A stretch of DNA of 64,000 bases, taken from Lentisphaeria bacterium. GTDB taxonomy: Bacteria; Verrucomicrobiota; Lentisphaeria; Oligosphaerales; Oligosphaeraceae. Location: NCBI GenBank assembly GCA_016302315.1, contig JAEDNW010000001.1:3332-67331 (forward strand), read 5' to 3'. Positions 18,561 through 27,277 of this stretch are shown here, one piece after another. The notes beneath the pieces were generated by a model. That model ran no database searches. It saw only the letters and a list, made by a program, of their open reading frames with translations, and was not told where the DNA came from. A program made the translations under genes and the position numbers. How positions within the stretch are numbered: the stretch's first letter is position 1; the number at the start of each line of letters is the position of its first letter.

Positions 18561-18594
18561 GAAAGGCGGAACCGGAGACCCGGTGCCGCCTTTC
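18561..18594 (-). terminator. rho-independent terminator ending the sigma-54 operon
   Basis: GAAAGGCGG/CCGCCTTTC (9 bp) plus ACCGG/CCGGT (5 bp) form a 14-bp stem with one mismatch and a 4-nt loop. The minus-strand tail is CUGUUUCUCU. It sits 67 nt past the OMP stop. Confidence 0.7.
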
Positions 18595-18660
18595 CCGACG
18601 AAGAAATTCCTCCGAGGCGGGGAGGCCTGGGAGGCGGGCTCTTCTCTCCCTAGGGGGAGG

Positions 18661-19647
18661 CTAGAAGCGCATTTGGAGCTTCATCATTCCGCCGAAGGAG
18701 TTGAGGGACTGGCTCACGTAGCGGGTGCCCACATCTCCCAAGCCCTTGTCATAGCGGAGTTCCGCAGAGAGGCCGATGGCCTCGTTGAACCAGTATCCGG
18801 CGCCGGCGGAGGCGTAGAGTCCCCAGTTGAACTCGGTCTCGTTGGCCCGATCCCGGTTTCCGATCCGCTGATCTCCCGTGGTGATGCCGGCATAGGAGGT
18901 GCTTTCCATGTCCGCCACAGAGAGGGTGGGGCCGGCGGCCACATAGGCCCGGAGGCCATTGTCCAGGTTGTAGCCCAGGGAGACGCCCAGATCCAGGACA
19001 TAGAGGTCCATGTCGAACTTCACCTTGCTGTCCAGGAGGACGGAACCGGCGCCGCCTTGGCCAGGGATCTTCACATCGGAGGGTGTGAACACGGAGTCCA
19101 CCTTGCTCACGAAGCGGTCATAGGAGGAGACGAAGGCTCCGGCTGCGCTGCCGCCGGCCTGGGTGCCCAGGGTGTAGTACTGGAAGTTAGCCACCAGCTG
19201 GAGATCCAGATTGTCCTGGCTCCACAATCCCGTGGAGAAGCCCACGGCGGGAGCCATCTGCTCCCGGAGGCCATAGGTGCCCCGGCCACTTCCCTGAGAG
19301 CCTTGGAGATCCCCGAAGGAGAGGCGATTGACGCCAGCATCCAGTCCGGGATAGCGGGAGTTCCAGGCCTTTTCCAGGTTCTCGTTGGTGGGTTCCAGAT
19401 AGCTTCCCGTGGCATCGTCCAGGACGAAGTTCTGGAAGGAGGGAGTGGCGCCGGACTTCATCTGGGGGCGATGGAAGTTCCGATAGGCGACGCCCACGGA
19501 GACCGTCCAGTCGCTTCCGGCCTCGCCCTGCTGGAAGGTGGGGGCGGCGGGCTCGCCCTGGGGGGCGGCGGGTTCGGTCACCGCCTCCTGGGCAAAGAGG
19601 GAAAGACTGGCCAGAAGGCTAAAGATCAGGAGCAGACTTTTCTTCAT
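18661..19647 (-). CDS. outer-membrane beta-barrel protein
   Basis: Start is MKKSLLLIFSLLASLSLFAQE at 19647, with AAGGAG 7 nt upstream. The sequence has alternating hydrophobic beta-strand character and is G/Y/S/N-rich. The C-terminal ...KLQMRF ends in an aromatic residue, as in OMPs. Confidence 0.7.
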   Translation of the reverse strand: MKKSLLLIFSLLASLSLFAQEAVTEPAAPQGEPAAPTFQQGEAGSDWTVSVGVAYRNFHRPQMKSGATPSFQNFVLDDATGSYLEPTNENLEKAWNSRYPGLDAGVNRLSFGDLQGSQGSGRGTYGLREQMAPAVGFSTGLWSQDNLDLQLVANFQYYTLGTQAGGSAAGAFVSSYDRFVSKVDSVFTPSDVKIPGQGGAGSVLLDSKVKFDMDLYVLDLGVSLGYNLDNGLRAYVAAGPTLSVADMESTSYAGITTGDQRIGNRDRANETEFNWGLYASAGAGYWFNEAIGLSAELRYDKGLGDVGTRYVSQSLNSFGGMMKLQMRF

Positions 19648-19764
19648 AGGAAATCTCCTTGTTGACATTTACGATTTGAGGAAAGGGAAATGAGTGTGGG
19701 GGGGGCAGAGGGAGGGGTGGAAGAAGCGGTCGCCTCTCCGCCCCTCCTGGGGCGCCCGGGAGCT

Positions 19765-22700
19765 CTACAGGCCGGGTTCCGGCTGCACCAGGTAGACCAC
19801 GTAGTCGCCGGTCTTCTCCCCATTCACGTAGGGCAGCAGCACCACATAGTCCCCCTCGGCCAGAGGCAGATCCTCCAGCACCTGGAGATCCAGGGCTCCG
19901 TTTTCCGTGATGATAGCGGGGCACTGGAATCCGTAGAACCACTTCATCTGGGCGATGGAGAAGTACTGGTAGTCGTAGGTGATCTGGATGGTGTCATCCA
20001 GGATGCCTTCGGTGTAGAGCATCATCTTGCCACTCACATCGTAGACCCCGGTGATGACGGGAGTGCGGGTGGCGGTGGCCAGGGTGAACTGCATCTGGGC
20101 GCTGGCGATGGCCTCGCTGCCCGCCTTGGCGGTCACATACCAGGTGTAGGTGGTGGCCTCTTCTCCCATGGGCAGCTCCAGGGTGAGGTTGTTGGCGGTC
20201 AGCCCGCTCACCTCTTTCACCAGCCGCCCATCGGGACCGTAGACCCGGATCATGTATTCCTGGGCGTTGGTGGCCACGGGCCAGGCGAACTTCACCGTCT
20301 CGGAGGTCAGCACCTTGCCATTGGCGGGAGCGAAGGCGGGGGCGCTGCCCCAGGCAAGTTCCTGGGCGGTGGCTTCCGGCACCTCGATGGTCAGGACGGC
20401 CGCCTCCTCCCCTTCTCCGGCGGGGTTGAAGCCCTGCACCATCAGGAGGAACTCGCCCGCTTGGGGAATCTGGAGCTCCTGCCTGGCGATGGTGGGCAGG
20501 ATCATGCCCTTCTCGTCCGCCTGGAAGTCCACGGGACCCACGCTCTGGAGGGTCTCCCCATTCTCATCCACCACCCGCATCCGATAGGACCGGGCCATGG
20601 GCACCTGGATCTCCGGGAGGGCAACCCAGCCATTTTCATCTGCGGTCACCCGATCCACGGCGCAGGTGGGCCGTCCAGGCAGTCCGTATTCGCCCACGGA
20701 GAGCTCCCGCTCCGCACAGACTTCCTCGGTGGTGCCATCGGTCATGGTCCACACCAGGATGGTCACCGTCACCTCGGTGTTCTCGGGATAGCCCTCGAAG
20801 CCGGCGGCGGCATAGTCCTCGGGCAGCAGCTGAGTGCGGCTCCCCTTCACCGTCAAGGCCAGGGTCTCCTCGTCGCTCTCCAGGAGGAAGGTGTGACCAT
20901 CGGCATGGGCCTCGGGATCCACGCAGGTGAAGGAGATGATGGGATACCAGGGGGAGGCGCCCACAAAGACCGTGATGGTCACAGGCTCGCTCTCCTGGGG
21001 ATCCTCCGCCTCGCCGGTGAACCCATTGTCCGTCACGGCGAAGGTGATGGTGGCGCTCTTGCCCAGCTCCGCCTCCTCCTTCACCGTGTAGGTCAGGGTG
21101 GCGGTGGACTTCTCCACGGTGATGACCGGATCGGACAGGAAGATGCTGTCGGGATCGGACACCTGGATGATGCGGCCATCGGAGAGCTCCTGTTCCTCTT
21201 CCCCAGGACCCATGTCCACGGAGAAGGTGGCGGTGAGTTCCTCGCCCCGCTGATCGGGCAGGACATACTGGTCTTCGGCCTTCACCACGGGAGCGTCATT
21301 CACGCAGGTCACCTTGAGGGAGATGACGGGCACCTGGAGGGCGTTGACGCCGGATTCATCCTTGGCGGAGACCACCACCTGGGGCATGGAGACGCCGTCG
21401 TTGAAGTAGTCCTTGGCGGGGGTGAAGGTGAGTTTTCCGGTGGTGGCATCGATCTCGATGGTGCCCACGGAGGCATCCAGGGCTTCCACAGCGTAGGTCA
21501 GGGAATCCACGCCGTCGGCCTCATCCACATCGTAGGCGTTCACGTAGAGGGACTGTTCCGTGGCGTCCTCGGCGATCTCCCAGACATACTCCAGGGGTTC
21601 CTCGGGCATCTCCGGATTGGAGGCCGTTCCAGGCTGCGTGCCCACGTGGTAGAAGTAGGGCGCAGTATTGCCGATGACCCAGGCGACAGCTTGGGAGAGT
21701 TCGGAGAAGACATTCTCCGCTCCTTCCCCGTAGGGGCTGGTGACGGCCCGGGAGGCCACCTTCACGGTGTATCCCTTCTTGATGGCGGCGGCAAGACTCA
21801 GGGTGTCTCCCTTCTCTCCCTCTCCATCCACCTCGGTGAAGGTCACCCCATCAGCGCTGTAGCTCCACAGATAGGCGTAGGTGATGGGGTCCCCGTCGGC
21901 GTCCACGGAGCCGGAGGCGTCAATCGTCAGGGTGTCTCCGTGGAAGGCTTCCCCAGGAGTCTGGTGGAGGATGGTAGGAACGGTGGGCGCGCGGTCCACA
22001 TCGTTGACCGTCACCGCCATATCCGCCGAGCCCTCGCCCTGGGTTTCCCCATCCACGGCGATGACCTTCACCGTGAACAAGTCGCTGGCGAGCCGGGAGG
22101 CGCCGCCCTCGGCAAGGGCGATGGTGTCATAGCCATTGCTGGTCACCTTCCAAGAAGCGCTGTAAACAGGAGTTCCGCTGCCTTGGGAGCCGGTCTCCTC
22201 GCTGATGGCCTGGTAGCTCCAGCCCTCGGGCACCTGGAGTTTCCAGGCGCCCACGCCGGCGGGATAGACATCGCTGTCCGTGGCGCTGGCCTTCACCAGG
22301 AAGGAGGTGGGGTTCCCTTCCGCGTCCACCTCGGCGATGGTGACACTGCTCTCTTCCAGGGTCACCACAGGCACGGGATTTTCCTTGAAATCCACCTCCA
22401 GGGTGTAGATTTGGCGGGAGGTTTCCTGGTCGGCATCGCCGATCCACACGGAGTAGCGGGCCTGGAGATCCTCGGTTCCGCCCAGGGCGGATTCGGGAAC
22501 GGTGAAGGTCAGGGTAAGGGTGGCCACATTCCCGTCGTCCTTCCGGTCGATGGTCAGGCCATCAGGCAGAGTGGAGGTGTCATCGTAGCCCTTGTTCACG
22601 GTGATGTCGTCAGCCCCATCCACATCGGTGACTTCCAAGGTGACGCTGCCGGTGAGCGTGCTTCCGCCCCGGCGGATGAAGATGCGTCCGCTGTTCTCCG

Positions 22701-24300
22701 CCAGTTCGGGGGCTTTGTTCACCACCTGGTAGTATCCGCGCAGGGCAGCGCCCAGGGTTCCGGAGGTGGCGGTGGCGACAGCCACCAGAGTCCTGCCCTT
22801 TTCCAAAGGAGAGGGAATCTGGGTGAAGGTCATCGCCGGCATGTCCTCGTAGAAGTATTCAAGACTCACCGTGACCTCGTCTTCCTCGTCCGCGTCCGCG
22901 GCCAGCACATCCGGGGTGAAGAGGGAGTCCGCCTGGACCTTCCAAGTACGAACCTTACCCGCCACGAGCTCCAGCATGCCGGAGATAGGCTTGGTTCCGA
23001 ACCCGGTGATCACCGGCGCAATATCCACATCCTTCACTATCGCGGGGATGCCGTCCAACGTCACCGCATAGGCCTCCTTGCCGCCGTCGGTGACCGAGAG
23101 GATTCCCGTGTACTCTTTCCGAGCGGCGGGATGCTTCACGGTGGTGTAGGGGATCACCAGATCCACCTGGGAGAAATCCACGCTGTAGGTGTATGTTCCA
23201 GGCTCCCGGTCGCTGGTGGTCACGGGGGTGAGGGTCACCGGGAAGGTGATGGTCTCCCCCTCTCCGTCCACGGGAGTGAAGGTCAAGGTGGCCTCGCTCT
23301 TCAGAGAGGGTTCCCGATCCACCTCCTCTTCAGAGAAATTCAGGTAGATGGCATCGCCCAAATCTTTCACCGCCTTGCCCTCGATGAGGACAAAGCTGGA
23401 GCCTTTGTTGGTCAGCGTGGGAATGTCATCCACATCGTGGACCGTCACGGTGAGGCTGCCTTTCACACTTCCCTTTCCCTCGGTGGAGGTGGCGGTGTAT
23501 TCCAGGGTGACCGTGCCGAAGAAATCCTTCTTCGGGATAAAACGGAAGCCGCCATCCGGAGTGAGAAGCACGGAGCCGGTGCCGGTGCTCTCCGTGGCCA
23601 AGCCGGCCATGGTGAACTTCACGGCCGTGGTGGGCACCAGGTCGGAGCCATTCCAGGCCGTGCAGGTGAAGACCTCGTCCAGGGGAGAGACCTCCAGGGG
23701 CACCTCTTCGTCCGTCTCGAAGACCGTGCCCTCCGCCACGGTGAAGTTGAATCCCTTCAGCATCATCACGCTGCCGGGGCCATTCACCTTCACCTTGTTG
23801 GCGTAGATGCCCGCGTTGGTGGACTGGGCGGAATTCAGCTTGTCAAAACCCACGGCGCCGCTGGAGTCCGTCCCATTGAGCAGATTGTGGTAGACGGTGC
23901 CCAGGAGCACCCGGTTGCTGTTGGCGGGAATCAGAATCTGGCCCACGCCGGCATTGGGATAGAGCTGGATTTTGGTGGAGGTCAGAACGGGGTTGTTCCC
24001 CTTGCCTCCCAGCACCTCCTCCCAGGTGATGCCCGCCCACTCCTGGGTGTCATCCCGGAGCAGCAGCAGATTCAGCATCTGGCAGTTGTTTTCGTCGGTG
24101 GTCAGATACACCTGGGTGGCGCCCCGGGTGGAGACGCCGTCGATGTATTTGCCTTCCAGGAAGGTGCCGTTCACCTCGGAGCCGGAGACCAAGTCGATGG
24201 TCCAGTCGGCCCGCACTCCCTGGGAAAGGAGAAGAGTGGCGGCAAGGAAGACCGCCCAGGCGGCTCCTTTGCGGAGAAATTCGGCAAAGCGGGAAATCAT
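19765..24300 (-). CDS. giant secreted adhesin-like protein with cadherin/Ig-like (VNDAP-type) modules
   Basis: 1511 aa. Signal peptide ...AVFLAATLLLSQGVRADW. Module boundaries are TVTVHDVDDIP, VKDVDIAPV, AVTVNDVDRAPT and KVTCVNDAPVV. The protein is acidic and T/V/E/G-rich, with AAGGAG 10 nt before the ATG. Confidence 0.65.
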   Translation of the reverse strand: MISRFAEFLRKGAAWAVFLAATLLLSQGVRADWTIDLVSGSEVNGTFLEGKYIDGVSTRGATQVYLTTDENNCQMLNLLLLRDDTQEWAGITWEEVLGGKGNNPVLTSTKIQLYPNAGVGQILIPANSNRVLLGTVYHNLLNGTDSSGAVGFDKLNSAQSTNAGIYANKVKVNGPGSVMMLKGFNFTVAEGTVFETDEEVPLEVSPLDEVFTCTAWNGSDLVPTTAVKFTMAGLATESTGTGSVLLTPDGGFRFIPKKDFFGTVTLEYTATSTEGKGSVKGSLTVTVHDVDDIPTLTNKGSSFVLIEGKAVKDLGDAIYLNFSEEEVDREPSLKSEATLTFTPVDGEGETITFPVTLTPVTTSDREPGTYTYSVDFSQVDLVIPYTTVKHPAARKEYTGILSVTDGGKEAYAVTLDGIPAIVKDVDIAPVITGFGTKPISGMLELVAGKVRTWKVQADSLFTPDVLAADADEEDEVTVSLEYFYEDMPAMTFTQIPSPLEKGRTLVAVATATSGTLGAALRGYYQVVNKAPELAENSGRIFIRRGGSTLTGSVTLEVTDVDGADDITVNKGYDDTSTLPDGLTIDRKDDGNVATLTLTFTVPESALGGTEDLQARYSVWIGDADQETSRQIYTLEVDFKENPVPVVTLEESSVTIAEVDAEGNPTSFLVKASATDSDVYPAGVGAWKLQVPEGWSYQAISEETGSQGSGTPVYSASWKVTSNGYDTIALAEGGASRLASDLFTVKVIAVDGETQGEGSADMAVTVNDVDRAPTVPTILHQTPGEAFHGDTLTIDASGSVDADGDPITYAYLWSYSADGVTFTEVDGEGEKGDTLSLAAAIKKGYTVKVASRAVTSPYGEGAENVFSELSQAVAWVIGNTAPYFYHVGTQPGTASNPEMPEEPLEYVWEIAEDATEQSLYVNAYDVDEADGVDSLTYAVEALDASVGTIEIDATTGKLTFTPAKDYFNDGVSMPQVVVSAKDESGVNALQVPVISLKVTCVNDAPVVKAEDQYVLPDQRGEELTATFSVDMGPGEEEQELSDGRIIQVSDPDSIFLSDPVITVEKSTATLTYTVKEEAELGKSATITFAVTDNGFTGEAEDPQESEPVTITVFVGASPWYPIISFTCVDPEAHADGHTFLLESDEETLALTVKGSRTQLLPEDYAAAGFEGYPENTEVTVTILVWTMTDGTTEEVCAERELSVGEYGLPGRPTCAVDRVTADENGWVALPEIQVPMARSYRMRVVDENGETLQSVGPVDFQADEKGMILPTIARQELQIPQAGEFLLMVQGFNPAGEGEEAAVLTIEVPEATAQELAWGSAPAFAPANGKVLTSETVKFAWPVATNAQEYMIRVYGPDGRLVKEVSGLTANNLTLELPMGEEATTYTWYVTAKAGSEAIASAQMQFTLATATRTPVITGVYDVSGKMMLYTEGILDDTIQITYDYQYFSIAQMKWFYGFQCPAIITENGALDLQVLEDLPLAEGDYVVLLPYVNGEKTGDYVVYLVQPEPGL

Positions 24301-24369
24301 AGGGTGATGACTCCTTACAGTTGTAGAGAAGAAAAAAGAAAAAAGGGAGGGGAAGACGCTGCCAGGCCG

Positions 24370-25674
24370 CTATTTTTGAGAACCGAGGCTTTGGAGCGTC
24401 TCCAGGGCGGCCTGGAGGCGTTCCTGGGAAGCGTTGGTGGTGAAGGGCTGCAGGTCGGCGGCCGCGAACCAGTCGTCCTCGGGGGTGGGGCAGCCGGCCC
24501 CCACGAAGTTATAGAGATACATGGCGTCGTCCATGTCCACCTCTCCATTGCCGTCGAAATCCAGCTGGGAGGGGAGTCCCTGGAGGGTTTCCAGGGCGGC
24601 CTGGAGAAGCTCCCAGGTGGCGTTGGTGGTGAAGGGCTGCAAGTCGGCGGCCACGAACCAGTCGTCCTCAGGAGTGGGGCATCCGGCGCCCACCAGATTG
24701 TAGACATACATGGCGTCGTCCATGTCCACCTCTCCGTTGCCATCGTAGTCCAGGGTGCCGGAGGGGAGGATGACCCAGTTGACCGTGGCTATCCTCTGGT
24801 CCTCCTCGTCGAAGAGGGAGGCGGCGATGGGCTTGTATCCGCCCTTCAGGGCCTGGGCGGCGAGGGTGACGCTGGTGCTTCCCTCCCCCAGGGTGATGGT
24901 GGCATCCTCCCCGTAGCTAAGGGCGGCGGCCCCGCCTTTCACCTGGAGGATCCAGCCGGTTTCCGGAGCCTGTCCGGAGGTGGTGCCGTCGGCGTAGTGG
25001 TAAGTCCCGTAGATGTCCTCCAGGGTCACGGGATCGGTGTTTCCGTTCACCAGCTTCAGAGTGAGGGTCTGGGCGGTGGTGGCCACCTGGGTCTCCTCCC
25101 CCGTGAAGCTCGTCTCCCCTTCCGCCCGGTCCAGGAAGACCACCACATTGGCGGGATCCTGGGCGGGAGTGATGGGGCTGCCATTCCGGGTCTTGCGCAG
25201 GGTGTAGTTCACCCCGGCCTTGGCGGAGAGGGAATAGGGGAGGGTCACCTCCTGGGGCTCTCCCCCTGGGGCGTCATCCTGGGTGAGGAAGAGAACAATC
25301 TCCTCGCTCTCGCCATCGGCGGCCTGGAGGGTCAAGCGGGCGTCCGTGGCGGCCACCAACACCCAGGCATTCTCAGCGGAGGCGAGGCGCAGGTCGGTTC
25401 CCAAGCGGGCCAGATCCCCGCTGACGTTGGCAACTCCCCCCAGATTTTCGGGGTGGGCCAGATAGACGTCCTTCACCCCGAACATGGCGGAGAAGGGAGG
25501 GAAGGGAACGGTTTTGGCTTCCGTCGCCTCCCCGAAGATCAGGGAAGGGGATTGGGTTTCCCCTCCCATCATGACATGGATGGTGAACGCCCCCGCCGCC
25601 TGCGTCCACACACAGGCGAAAAGAACAGCGGCGAGAAGAAAGCTATGCTTCTGAATCATCTTCGTGTGTCTCAA
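24370..25674 (-). CDS. secreted protein with two C-terminal dockerin-like (EF-hand loop) repeats
   Basis: 434 aa. Signal peptide ...FLLAAVLFACVWTQAAGA. The C-terminus holds two copies of LD(Y/F)DGNGEVDMDDAMY.YN.VGAGCPTPEDDWF.AADLQPFTTNA...LQAALETLQ. Confidence 0.65.
   Translation of the reverse strand: MRHTKMIQKHSFLLAAVLFACVWTQAAGAFTIHVMMGGETQSPSLIFGEATEAKTVPFPPFSAMFGVKDVYLAHPENLGGVANVSGDLARLGTDLRLASAENAWVLVAATDARLTLQAADGESEEIVLFLTQDDAPGGEPQEVTLPYSLSAKAGVNYTLRKTRNGSPITPAQDPANVVVFLDRAEGETSFTGEETQVATTAQTLTLKLVNGNTDPVTLEDIYGTYHYADGTTSGQAPETGWILQVKGGAAALSYGEDATITLGEGSTSVTLAAQALKGGYKPIAASLFDEEDQRIATVNWVILPSGTLDYDGNGEVDMDDAMYVYNLVGAGCPTPEDDWFVAADLQPFTTNATWELLQAALETLQGLPSQLDFDGNGEVDMDDAMYLYNFVGAGCPTPEDDWFAAADLQPFTTNASQERLQAALETLQSLGSQK
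24373..24753 (-). repeat. tandem in-frame duplication of about 189 nt (63/64 codons)
   Basis: Example of nucleotide-level near-identity: 24521 atggcgtcgtccatgtccacctctccattgccgtcgaaatccag versus 24711 atggcgtcgtccatgtccacctctccgttgccatcgtagtccag. The protein copies differ at only a few positions. Confidence 0.85.
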
Positions 25675-25827
25675 GGGATAGAAAATGGTGGAAAGGTCGA
25701 GAATACAGGCGGTTCGCCCCCCAGCATGAAGGCAAGTCCTGTACTATAAGCGAACGGAGGGAAAATTTTGGGAGGGAGGGAAGGAGAGAAAACGCCTCTC
25801 CCCAACCCTATGTGGTGTACACCCTTT

Positions 25828-26832
25828 TCAAGGAAGGACGTATCCCGTGGTCCATTCCGGCAACCCGGCGGCTTTGACGAAGGCGCCCTGCTGCGGGTTC
25901 CAGCGGTAAGCGTTCTCGGGAAGGGATTTTTGGGGAGGGGAAGGCGCCCCGTCCTCCTGCCACTGGCCCACCAGCCCCTGGAAGCGTCGGGCGCCCCCCG
26001 TCTCGGAGGAAGGGAAGGCCGTCTCCGCGCCCACGCGCCCCTTCCCTTCCAGGCAGAGTTCCAGCCCCTCTTGGGGGGCGTAGATCCAGAAGGCCTGGCC
26101 GGCGGCCAATTCCTCCAGGGAGGCTGGCCTGGTCAGGGTGCGGGGCAGGAAGGTGGCCACCCGGGCACTGGCGAGCAATTCCTCTTCTCCCACCGTGGCC
26201 TGGGAAAGAAGCTCCACATTGCAAGAGACAAGATTCCAGCCGGGCTCCAGGGGGATCTCCTGGACCACGTCCTGATACCGGTAGGCATTGGACACTTCCA
26301 TGGTCATGGTTCCCCGCAGCAGGGAGCAAGTCAGCGTTGCCTCCCCGGAAGTCAGTCCATCCCACCGCATCAGCTCTTCCCCTTCGGGGCTCCACAGCAC
26401 CATCTGCGCCCCCTCCGGCATCTCTCCCTGGCGAAGGCGCAGGGAAAGCTGGCATGCCTCGCTCTCCTCGGGCTGGGAGAGGACGATGGTCCACTTCTGG
26501 GAGGCCTGTTCCAGCTTCAGACAGGGAAGAACCATGGCCTGGTAGAATTTGGCGCCATGGGAAAGCACCAGGCGTTCGTCATGGTCGGCATCCGGAGAGC
26601 CGGGGGGCGCCACCCAGTTGTCCTCCGCCGACAACTTCTCCCCCAGAGCCAGAAAGACGCTCTGGCTTTCGGTGGGGAAGTGGGCCGTCAGCTCCCAGAT
26701 TCCCCGGATTCCGGTCTGGGCGGCAAGGCCCGGAGGCAGAGCCGTCTCCTGTCCCATGACAACGACGCTACAGGGGAGCAAGGCCAGCCACAAAACCAGC
26801 CCCAGTTTTCTTATTTCTGAGAAAATTTTCAT
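25828..26832 (-). CDS. secreted protein, function unknown (first gene behind the sigma-54 promoter)
   Basis: 334 aa with signal peptide MKIFSEIRKLGLVLWLALLPCSVVVMGQE. I recognise no family. Confidence 0.55.
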   Translation of the reverse strand: MKIFSEIRKLGLVLWLALLPCSVVVMGQETALPPGLAAQTGIRGIWELTAHFPTESQSVFLALGEKLSAEDNWVAPPGSPDADHDERLVLSHGAKFYQAMVLPCLKLEQASQKWTIVLSQPEESEACQLSLRLRQGEMPEGAQMVLWSPEGEELMRWDGLTSGEATLTCSLLRGTMTMEVSNAYRYQDVVQEIPLEPGWNLVSCNVELLSQATVGEEELLASARVATFLPRTLTRPASLEELAAGQAFWIYAPQEGLELCLEGKGRVGAETAFPSSETGGARRFQGLVGQWQEDGAPSPPQKSLPENAYRWNPQQGAFVKAAGLPEWTTGYVLP

Positions 26833-27005
26833 TTTTGTCCATCCGCATGCCGGGGTGCCTGCAGCGGCCCGCTTCCGGCGATTTCAGACACAGGTGGGGG
26901 AGAGGGATGAGGTCAAGAGGAATCCCGAAGCCCTCCGGAGCATTTTCCAGGGAGTCCCCGCCCCTTCCGTCTGCCCGGTCTGCTCTTGTCTTTAAGAGGT
27001 TGAAA

Positions 27006-27023
27006 AGCAACCACCATGCCAAT
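27006..27023 (-). promoter_or_regulatory. sigma-54 (-24/-12) promoter
   Basis: The minus strand reads TTGGCATGGTGGTTGCTTTT, that is TGGCAT-N5-TTGCT against the consensus TGGCAC-N5-TTGCW. It has exact GG/GC spacing and a single C>T deviation. It lies about 164 nt upstream of the ATG at 26832 and is divergent from a sigma-54 activator gene. Confidence 0.65.
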
Positions 27024-27277
27024 CTTCGATGCCTCCTCCCGGGAAGAAGGGAATCCCATGGCGCATTTTCCATAATGTATGCTTCCGACCACCGGATGGC
27101 CCCTGGGGGACAGGAAGTTTTTCCCCCCTGCCCCGCCGGCCGGAGACTTTCCCGGGATTCCCTGTCGCTGGGCGGGAAGCGCCACCTTGCCAAGCCACGT
27201 GGCGGGGACCAGGGAGCGGGGCGTCGGATTTGTCCTGTTCTGTGCAATCCTTTTAGAATAGGATACATTATCGCCCT

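Noticed and set aside
19690-25749. 2019-aa plus-strand ORF spanning three minus-strand genes and their intergenic regions
   Set aside because: The translation is a G/L/H/V/D-rich monotone (…GGGAVGVVVSPVDVLQGHGIGV…) with no motifs. It is the exact antisense of three ORFs that have signal peptides, recognisable modules and RBSs. Long stop-free antisense frames are expected with this GC-rich codon bias.
27180-27260. Candidate enhancer and promoter elements in the divergent region: GCCACGTGGC palindrome (27193-27202), ATCCT-N8-AGGAT, and TTGTCC-N18-TAGAAT for the EBP gene
   Set aside because: These are individually plausible, but they are short, and I cannot distinguish them from chance without comparative data. 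The GCCACGTGGC palindrome lies about 180 nt upstream of the sigma-54 promoter, a reasonable UAS position, and is worth testing. I am not prepared to annotate it.
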